Source: Candidatus Woesearchaeota archaeon
GTDB taxonomy: Archaea; Nanobdellota; Nanobdellia; Woesearchaeales; GW2011-AR9
DNA: 64,000 bases
Assembly: GCA_018696595.1 (NCBI GenBank)
Contig: JABHQW010000008.1
Coordinates: forward strand, 96,001 to 160,000
Reading direction: 5' to 3'
The translations under genes and the position numbers were made by a program. How positions within the stretch are numbered: position 1 is the first letter of the stretch; the number at the start of each line of letters is the position of its first letter. Below, one piece after another: positions 57,511 to 64,000 of the stretch. Below the pieces are notes generated by a model. The model was not told the DNA's origin. It did not search any database and saw nothing but the letters and a program-made list of their open reading frames with translations.

Positions 57511-57903
57511 ATGTATGAGAAAAAACTTGTTAGTGTAGGTAGCTTAAAAAAAGGAGACACAATCATCATTGATGGTGCGGCTTGTAAAATTACAGATACA
57601 ACTACATCTAGGCCAGGAAAACACGGTCACGCTAAAGTTAACATGATGGCGGTAGGAATGTTAGATGGTAAAAAAAGAAACTTAGTTATGCCAGGTCATG
57701 ACAAAGTCGAAGCACCAGTAGTAGAAAAGAAAAATGCTCAAGTCCTATCCATATCCGGAAAAATGGCTAATGTGATGGACACAGAAAGTTATGAAACTTT
57801 TGACTTAGAAATCCCAGAAGAATTAAAAGCAGACGTAAAAGAAGGTTCTGAAGTTTTATATTGGATCTTGATGGGAATGCAAGTTATGAAGCAAGTCAAA
57901 TAA
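57511..57903 (+). CDS. eif5a: Translation factor aIF-5A
   Basis: Hypusine motif 'SRPGKHGHAK'. Confidence 0.98.
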   Translation: MYEKKLVSVGSLKKGDTIIIDGAACKITDTTTSRPGKHGHAKVNMMAVGMLDGKKRNLVMPGHDKVEAPVVEKKNAQVLSISGKMANVMDTESYETFDLEIPEELKADVKEGSEVLYWILMGMQVMKQVK

Positions 57904-57930
57904 ACAATCTAATAATAAAGGTGAATCAAT

Positions 57931-58092
57931 ATGGTAAAATTTGAAGAAGCTGCAGTAAGAAAACAAAAAAACATTTTTGTTTGCAGAACATGTAAATCTA
58001 AAATTAGAGCTGCAAGTTTAAAAGTTGCTCAAAAGAAAATTAGTTGTCGTAAGTGTAGTGCAAAGAAACTTCGACCTAAAAGAAAAAAGTAA
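57931..58092 (+). CDS. rpl40e: 50S ribosomal protein L40e (not in the ORF track)
   Basis: Hand translation MVKFEEAAVRKQKNIFVCRTCKSKIRAASLKVAQKKISCRKCSAKKLRPKRKK; C4 zinc ribbon. Confidence 0.92.
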   Translation: MVKFEEAAVRKQKNIFVCRTCKSKIRAASLKVAQKKISCRKCSAKKLRPKRKK

Positions 58093-58118
58093 ACCAATAA
58101 AGAGGGTTTTGTGATAGG

Positions 58119-59312
58119 ATGTTTGAACTAATAACTACATTTATTTGGAAGTACAAATTTATTTTCTTATTCTATTTATTAGTAGTTCTTTTACTATATG
58201 TAAAAAGAAAAAAATTAGATTTTCAAGCTAAGGTTATTGTTCTTTACCGAATGAAATTTGGTTTAAGGTTTATTGAAAAGTTTGCTAACAAGTTTAGAGA
58301 ACCAACTATTCTTTTAGGTTATATTGGTGTTGGTGCTGGTTATGTGGGTTTAATTTTTATTTCTTATGTTCTAATTAAAAACTTAGTTGATTTGGTAATT
58401 AGCCCAGCTGCAGTTTCAGGAGTTAGTTTAGTATTACCTGGAGTTAATATTCCTGGATTAGGAGTTTTACCATTCTGGTATTGGGTCATTGCAATTTTCT
58501 TGATTGCTTTAGTGCATGAGTTTTCCCATGGGATCGTTGCTAGAGCACATAAAATTGATGTCAAAAATACCGGCATTGTTTTTTTAGGGCCAATTATTGG
58601 TGCTTTTGTTGAACCAAATGAGAAACAACTTAGAAAACAATCCGATATCAAACAATATTCTGTATTAGCTGCAGGAAGTTTTTCTAATATCCTTTTAGCA
58701 ATTGTTGCTTTATTATTGCTTAATTTCTGTTTCATGCCTTTACAAGAAGCGATGGTTGAACCAACCGGATTTACCTTTGATGCTTATGTAAATGAAGATT
58801 TGCCTTTTGCTCAAGCTGGAATTATGCCTGGAACTTTAATTAATGGCATTGATGGCAGTATGACTTACAGATTTGAAGAATTTAGTGAAAAGTTATTTTG
58901 TACTTCTCCCGGAGATAAAGTTTCTATTATAGGTGCAGAAAAAAATTATCCTGTTACACTTGCAGAAAATCCAGAAGTGCCAGGAAAAAGTTATTTAGGG
59001 ATTCAAACAATCCATAACGAATTTGAAGTTAAAGAGAAATATAGTACTGGAGTTTGGAAATCTGTCTATTATTCTTTAGATTGGTTAACTGGGTTCTTAC
59101 GTTGGTTATTTATTCTTAGTTTAGGAATTGGTTTGTTTAATCTTTTACCTTTACCAATTGTTGATGGTGGTAGAATGATGCAAGTTTTCTTACATAAGTT
59201 ACGTGGAGAACAAAGCGGCGAGAAATGGTACAGAAAGATTGGTATGTTCTTCTTATTAGTATTATTATTGAATTTTATTTACCCTCTGATTAGAGGCTGG
59301 TTAGGGATATAG
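58119..59312 (+). CDS. Site-2 protease (M50) with a PDZ-like domain
   Basis: 'HEFSHG', 'GAFVEP', 'LAAGSFSN', 'FNLLPLPIVDGG'. Confidence 0.95.
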   Translation: MFELITTFIWKYKFIFLFYLLVVLLLYVKRKKLDFQAKVIVLYRMKFGLRFIEKFANKFREPTILLGYIGVGAGYVGLIFISYVLIKNLVDLVISPAAVSGVSLVLPGVNIPGLGVLPFWYWVIAIFLIALVHEFSHGIVARAHKIDVKNTGIVFLGPIIGAFVEPNEKQLRKQSDIKQYSVLAAGSFSNILLAIVALLLLNFCFMPLQEAMVEPTGFTFDAYVNEDLPFAQAGIMPGTLINGIDGSMTYRFEEFSEKLFCTSPGDKVSIIGAEKNYPVTLAENPEVPGKSYLGIQTIHNEFEVKEKYSTGVWKSVYYSLDWLTGFLRWLFILSLGIGLFNLLPLPIVDGGRMMQVFLHKLRGEQSGEKWYRKIGMFFLLVLLLNFIYPLIRGWLGI

Positions 59313-59334
59313 AAAAAATAAAAGAAAGAAAAAT

Positions 59335-60066
59335 CTAACTTTTAACCAATCTTAACAGACTATACTTCTTACTTAAGAATAATTCTTGAGCAGGAAAACT
59401 AATTTTCCATTTCTCAACAGCATAGTCTAAAGCGGTGTTAAAGATAACATAAGACCCTGCAATCCCTAATCCAAACAATAACCGTTCATATCCTGTAATT
59501 GGAATTAAAGTTAACCACATCCCAACTGTTGAGGGTATGGTCCAAATCCAGATTGCTGTGCCCACTGCATGAGCTGCAAAGGTTGCCCCTAAACTTCTGA
59601 ATAATAATTTTCCTGGCACTTTCTTTGGTAGAATTACTGCAAATACTGGAATCAACCAATACAATGAATAAACCCATGCTTGTCTTCCAATAGGATGATA
59701 AATGAACAAAGCAATACAAATTAAAGGGACTGTTACTTTAATCCAATTCTGATTTCTTTTCTTAACGGACATACCAAAATAGTAAGCTGCAAATAACATT
59801 GGTAAGAATCTTAAAATACTAACCCATGTCCATTCTTTTCCCATAATCAAGAAATCTGCAAGTTGTGCAAAAAGTACCGCAATCCCTCCAAAAATGGGCC
59901 CTAAAAAAGCACCCGCTGTTGGACCAAAGAATTGATATAATGTAAAAAATTGATTCTCTGCTCCTAAAACGGGAGAGAAATTAATTTTTCTTCCAATTAG
60001 TACTAGAACAAAGAATATTAGTAAAAAGATAATTCTTTTTGTTGTAAATATATTTTTAGCATCCAT
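59335..60066 (-). CDS. Six-TM membrane protein, ECF-transporter S-component-like
   Basis: 'FFGPTAGAFLGPIFGGIAVLFAQLAD' resembles the S-component helix 1-2 signature; co-oriented downstream of folC. Confidence 0.55.
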   Translation of the reverse strand: MDAKNIFTTKRIIFLLIFFVLVLIGRKINFSPVLGAENQFFTLYQFFGPTAGAFLGPIFGGIAVLFAQLADFLIMGKEWTWVSILRFLPMLFAAYYFGMSVKKRNQNWIKVTVPLICIALFIYHPIGRQAWVYSLYWLIPVFAVILPKKVPGKLLFRSLGATFAAHAVGTAIWIWTIPSTVGMWLTLIPITGYERLLFGLGIAGSYVIFNTALDYAVEKWKISFPAQELFLSKKYSLLRLVKS

Positions 60067-60105
60067 GTTTAACCACCCTTAAAATAAATTATTTCTTTTT
60101 ATTTA

Positions 60106-61338
60106 TTAATATTTATGTAGTATATCACCAATTAAATATAAAGAGCCGGAAACTAGAACAAAATCATCTTCATTAGCAATATTTAAAGCCTCTTTTACCG
60201 CTTCTTCAGAATCTTTAACAATTTTAACGTTGGGATTATATTCTTTGACAGCTTCTGCTAATTCTTCAACAGGAGTCGGTTTAAAACTTCCTTCTGTTAC
60301 AATTATCTGTTCAAACAAAGGAACTAACAAAGAAACCATTTCATTTAGTTTTTTATCTTTAGCAATTCCTAAAACAAGTATTTTCCTTTTCCTAATTGTC
60401 TTAACAAAATTTACTAAATATTTAATCCCAGCAATGTTATGCGCACCATCAACCATTAACAAAGGGTTCTCTTGCAAAGTTTGTAATCTTCCTGCCCAGA
60501 GTGTTTTTTCTAGTCCCCATTTTACTTTATTAATTGGAATCTCTAATTGTTTTGCAATTAGTAAAGCTAAACAAGCATTCCTGATTTGATGTTCACCTAA
60601 CATTTTAATTGTAAAAGTATTGTTCTTTACAGTAAATGTTTGTGTATTGAAATTGGATTTATTAATCTTATATTTTAATTGATCATCTAAAACTACTAAA
60701 AAAGAATTTTTCTCTTTACATTTATTTTCAAAAATATTTAAAACAATAGGATCTGTTTCAGCAGTTATAACAACTTTCTTTTCCTTAATAATCGCTGCCT
60801 TCTCTTTAGCGATTTCTTCTTTAGTTTCTCCCAATATTTTAGTATGTTCTAAAGAAACATTTGTAATCACACATAAATCTGGGTCAATTACATTAGTTGC
60901 ATCTAATCTGCCACCAAGACCAACTTCAATGATTGCAAAATCAACCCCTTCATTAGCAAAATGTTGAAAAGCCATTGCGGTAGTAAATTCAAAGAAAGTA
61001 GTATCAATATTATTAGTTTCAACTTGTTCTCTGATTATCTTAGTTAGCTCAACAATATTTTCATCCGAAATATCTTTGCCATTAATCTTGATTCGTTCGT
61101 TAAAGTTAACTAAATGTGGACTAGTATATAACCCAACTTTGTAACCCGCTTCTTCCAATATCTGAGCAAGAAAAGCAGCAGTACTTCCTTTCCCATTAGT
61201 TCCCGCAATATGAATTGATTTAAACTTATTTTGAGGATTATCTAAAGCAGAAACTAGCTTCTCCATTTCTTCTAAACGTAATTTGTCTCCAAATTTCTTT
61301 AATCCATATAGGTAATCCAATACTTGTTCTTTCATCAT
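60106..61338 (-). CDS. folC: Folylpolyglutamate synthase / dihydrofolate synthase
   Basis: 'HIAGTNGKGST', 'YTSPHL', 'TFFEFTT', 'EVGLGGRLDATN', 'WAGRLQ', 'DGAHN'. Confidence 0.97.
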   Translation of the reverse strand: MMKEQVLDYLYGLKKFGDKLRLEEMEKLVSALDNPQNKFKSIHIAGTNGKGSTAAFLAQILEEAGYKVGLYTSPHLVNFNERIKINGKDISDENIVELTKIIREQVETNNIDTTFFEFTTAMAFQHFANEGVDFAIIEVGLGGRLDATNVIDPDLCVITNVSLEHTKILGETKEEIAKEKAAIIKEKKVVITAETDPIVLNIFENKCKEKNSFLVVLDDQLKYKINKSNFNTQTFTVKNNTFTIKMLGEHQIRNACLALLIAKQLEIPINKVKWGLEKTLWAGRLQTLQENPLLMVDGAHNIAGIKYLVNFVKTIRKRKILVLGIAKDKKLNEMVSLLVPLFEQIIVTEGSFKPTPVEELAEAVKEYNPNVKIVKDSEEAVKEALNIANEDDFVLVSGSLYLIGDILHKY

Positions 61339-61403
61339 TATTTCGGGACACCATAACCTATTTAAAGATTTAGCATCTACAATATAATTGGGGTGGTTTA
61401 AGA

Positions 61404-62270
61404 GTGGAATCTTATCTTAATATAATCAAAAAAATTCTAAAAAAAGGAGAATTAAAACATAGCAGAACCGAAGTTGGCACTATTGCTATTGCAGGAGCAA
61501 TGTTCGAACACGACATGACAAATGGGTTTCCTTTGTTAACAACAAAAAAAGTACCGTTTAGGTTAGTTGCTTCTGAATTAGAATTCTTCATTAAAGGAAT
61601 TACAGATAAACAATGGTTAATTGAAAGAAATAACCATATTTGGGATGAATGGTGTTCTCCAAAAATTATTCCTTATGGTCATGATCAAGAAACAAAAACA
61701 AAAATGATGGAAGAACGTGAGTTGGGACCGATTTATGGATGGCAATGGCGAAACTTTGGTGCTAAATATGTTTCCCATAACCAACAACCAGAAGGGAAAG
61801 GGATTGATCAGTTCAAGAAATTAGTTGAAAAACTAAAAGAGAACCCCTTGGATCGAAGAATGATTGTTTCCGCTTGGAATCCTTTAGATATTCCCAATAT
61901 GGCTTTACCACCTTGTCATTATGGTTTTCAAGTTACAGTTATCAATGGTAGATTAAATTTACTTTGGAATCAAAGATCTGTTGATTCTGCATTAGGGTTA
62001 CCATTCAATATTGCCAGTTATGCTTTATTATTACATCTGTTAGCAAAAGAAGCAGGATTGAAAGAAGGAAAATTAATTGGTTTTCTGGGAGACACCCACG
62101 TATATGAAAATCATGTTGAAGGGTTGAAAGAACAATTGTCTCGAGAACCTAAAACACTTCCAAAGATTAAAACAGAAAACTTCACCTCAATCTTTAATTG
62201 GAAATATACTGATTCAATTATTGAAAATTATGAAGCACACTCAAGAATAAAATTTGAGATCGCTGTATAA
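61404..62270 (+). CDS. thyA: Thymidylate synthase (ThyA)
   Basis: 'FPLLTTKK', 'LGPIYGWQWR', 'MALPPCH', 'QRSVD...GLPFNIASY'. Confidence 0.98.
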   Translation: MESYLNIIKKILKKGELKHSRTEVGTIAIAGAMFEHDMTNGFPLLTTKKVPFRLVASELEFFIKGITDKQWLIERNNHIWDEWCSPKIIPYGHDQETKTKMMEERELGPIYGWQWRNFGAKYVSHNQQPEGKGIDQFKKLVEKLKENPLDRRMIVSAWNPLDIPNMALPPCHYGFQVTVINGRLNLLWNQRSVDSALGLPFNIASYALLLHLLAKEAGLKEGKLIGFLGDTHVYENHVEGLKEQLSREPKTLPKIKTENFTSIFNWKYTDSIIENYEAHSRIKFEIAV

Positions 62271-62751
62271 AATGGTTAGCATAATTGTTGGAATGACAAA
62301 TAACAGAGTTATTGGTAAAGATAATTCTTTGATTTGGCATATTCCTGAAGACTTAAAAAACTTTAAAGAACTAACTTCCAACAATACAGTAATCATGGGT
62401 AGAAAAACGTGGGAAAGTATTCCAGAAAAGTTTAGACCGCTTCCGAACAGGAACAATATCGTCATCAGTAGAAATCTTAGTTCTATCGAAGGCGCAGAGG
62501 TTTGTTCTTCTGTGGCAAATGCTTTAGAAAAAGCTAAATCTTATGAGAAAGAAGTTTTTGTTATCGGTGGATCTTCAATTTATGAACAAACATTACATTT
62601 AGCAAGCAAAATTTATTTATCTTACATTAGAAAAGAATATGATGGTGACACTTACTTTCCAAGATTTAATGAAGATGATTGGGAAATAACTGAAACAAAA
62701 GATTTTGCAGAATTTAAGTTTGTGGTTTATGAAAAAAAAGGAGAACGATAA
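62254..62751 (+). CDS. folA: Dihydrofolate reductase
   Basis: 'IGKDNSLIWHIPEDL', 'MGRKTWESI...PLPNRNN', 'VIGGSSIY', 'GDTYFP'. Confidence 0.97.
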   Translation: MRSLYKMVSIIVGMTNNRVIGKDNSLIWHIPEDLKNFKELTSNNTVIMGRKTWESIPEKFRPLPNRNNIVISRNLSSIEGAEVCSSVANALEKAKSYEKEVFVIGGSSIYEQTLHLASKIYLSYIRKEYDGDTYFPRFNEDDWEITETKDFAEFKFVVYEKKGER

Positions 62752-62752
62752 A

Positions 62753-64000
62753 ATGAAAGACCAAGAAGTTGCTAAAATAATCAAGAAAGAAGAGAATAAA
62801 CAACAATTTAAACTATCTATGATTCCTTCTGAAAACTTTTTTTCTGCCTCTGTTAGGGAAGCAGTAGGTTCGGTTTTTATGCATAAGTATGCAGAAGGAA
62901 ATGTTGGCAAAAGATATTATGAGGGGAATCAGTTTGTTGATGAATTAGAATTATTAACAATAAAAAGAGCAAAGAAAGCGTTTAATCTTCCTGAAGATTG
63001 GGGTGTAAATGTACAAGCTCTTGCTGGCAGTAATGCTAACTTAGCAGTTTATTTAACTTTACTAAAAATAGGAGATACAATTATGGGCATGTACTTGCCT
63101 GACGGTGGACATCTTAGCCATGGTTGGAGTTATGAGCCAAAAACAATTCAGGATCCAAACGAATCAACATATATGGGAGGATCTAGAAAAGTAAACATCT
63201 CTTCTAAGATCTTTAAAACAGTCCAGTATAAAACAAATCCCAATACACAATTATTTGATTATGAAGAAATTGAAAGAACTGCTTTAGAACATAAACCTAA
63301 ATTAATAATTACTGGCGGAACTGCTTATCCAAGAGAGATTGATTATGTTCGTATGAAACAAATTGCAGAGAAAGTTGGCGCTTATTATTTAGCAGATATT
63401 GCTCACGAAGCTGGCTTAATTGCCGCAGGTGTAAATAAATCTCCAGTTGGCATTGCTGATGTGGTTACTATGACTACGCATAAAACTTTACGCTCTGGAA
63501 GAGGGGCTTTGATATTATCTAATCAAGATATGATTAAAAAAATTAATCGTTCAATTCTTCCTGGATTACAAGGCGGACCGTTCAACCATTCCATTGCTGG
63601 AATTTGTGTTGGCTTAGGAGAAACATTAACCCCAGAATTTAAAGAATATGCATTCCAAACTGTTAAAAATGCCCGGTTTCTTTGTTCAGAGTTACAAAAG
63701 TTTGATTTTAAAATAGTTTCTGGCGGAACAGATAAACATTTGATTTTAATTGATTTAACGAATAAACCTTTATTGGGAAAGAAATTTGCACGTGCTTTAG
63801 ATTATGCGGGAATAATTGCTAACATGAACACGATGCCTCAAGAAACTAAGAGTCCCGCTAATCCTTCTGCTTTACGTTTAGGAACGCCTTGGATTACTAC
63901 TAGAGGAATGAAAGAATCGGAAATGACTTTAATTGCTGGTTGGATTAATTCCGTCATGGAAATTTGTTCCTCGTGGAATGAATTGGAGTTTGTTGAATTC
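62753..64000 (+). CDS. glyA: Serine hydroxymethyltransferase (partial; truncated by the window end; not in the ORF track)
   Basis: Hand translation MKDQEVAKIIKKEENKQQFKLSMIPSENF...KYAEG..GKRYYEG; 'GGHLSHG', 'ADIAH', 'TTHKTLR', 'GLQGGP', 'RLGTP'. Confidence 0.96.
   Translation, partial: MKDQEVAKIIKKEENKQQFKLSMIPSENFFSASVREAVGSVFMHKYAEGNVGKRYYEGNQFVDELELLTIKRAKKAFNLPEDWGVNVQALAGSNANLAVYLTLLKIGDTIMGMYLPDGGHLSHGWSYEPKTIQDPNESTYMGGSRKVNISSKIFKTVQYKTNPNTQLFDYEEIERTALEHKPKLIITGGTAYPREIDYVRMKQIAEKVGAYYLADIAHEAGLIAAGVNKSPVGIADVVTMTTHKTLRSGRGALILSNQDMIKKINRSILPGLQGGPFNHSIAGICVGLGETLTPEFKEYAFQTVKNARFLCSELQKFDFKIVSGGTDKHLILIDLTNKPLLGKKFARALDYAGIIANMNTMPQETKSPANPSALRLGTPWITTRGMKESEMTLIAGWINSVMEICSSWNELEFVEF

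Noticed and set aside
1-64000. CRISPR array or cas operon suggested by the Cas4-like gene
   Set aside because: No regularly spaced repeat-spacer series was seen and there is no cas1/cas2; the 30-bp motif occurs only twice, 17.6 kb apart
1-64000. About 40 short antisense or alternate-frame ORFs in the track (e.g. 12511-12765, 21631-22056, 25648-25998, 40864-41361, 43983-44390, 51490-51777, 58364-58735, 60230-60589)
   Set aside because: They lie wholly within well-supported genes on the other strand or frame and lack motifs; typical shadow ORFs

Overview
AT-rich archaeal chromosomal window. Archaeal ribosomal proteins (L35Ae, S19e, L39e, L31e, L40e), topoisomerase VI, a histone, aIF5A and archaeal DnaG occur together with many bacterial-type metabolic genes; this mix suggests a DPANN archaeon, most plausibly Woesearchaeota (inference). 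1-23 kb: surface-glycan and nucleotide-sugar locus (flippase, GT-C/GT2/GT4 enzymes, WecB, Gmd, Ugd, a eukaryote-type PMM, a B12 radical-SAM enzyme), plus 2-oxoacid:ferredoxin oxidoreductase and a solitary 5S rRNA. 23-60 kb: housekeeping genes interleaved with accessory genes. 60-64 kb: bacterial-type folate/dTMP cluster (candidate ECF S-component, folC, thyA, folA, glyA, the last truncated by the window end). Three tRNAs were read by hand: His-GUG, Arg-UCU with a 42-nt T-loop intron, and Cys-GCA. Four small or edge genes missing from the ORF track were added (rpl39e, rpl40e, glyA, a 58-aa membrane peptide), plus a partial gene at the left edge. Most notable unexplained signals: (1) a promoter-bearing K-loop hairpin RNA whose internal loop is complementary to the conserved 16S rRNA sequence CGCCUGGGAAGUAC (candidate H/ACA-type guide), and a second hairpin RNA with the same 3' tail; (2) a 30-bp motif shared upstream of the promoters of two unrelated nucleases (solo Cas4-like and LAGLIDADG); (3) a family-B polymerase-like protein with intact exonuclease motifs but degenerate polymerase motifs; (4) a PgsA-diacylglycerol kinase fusion; (5) an uncharacterised membrane-protein trio comprising a full-length paralog and a split paralog; (6) several long intergenic inverted repeats. 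No CRISPR array or transposase was seen. All assignments come from motif reading; no database searches were run.
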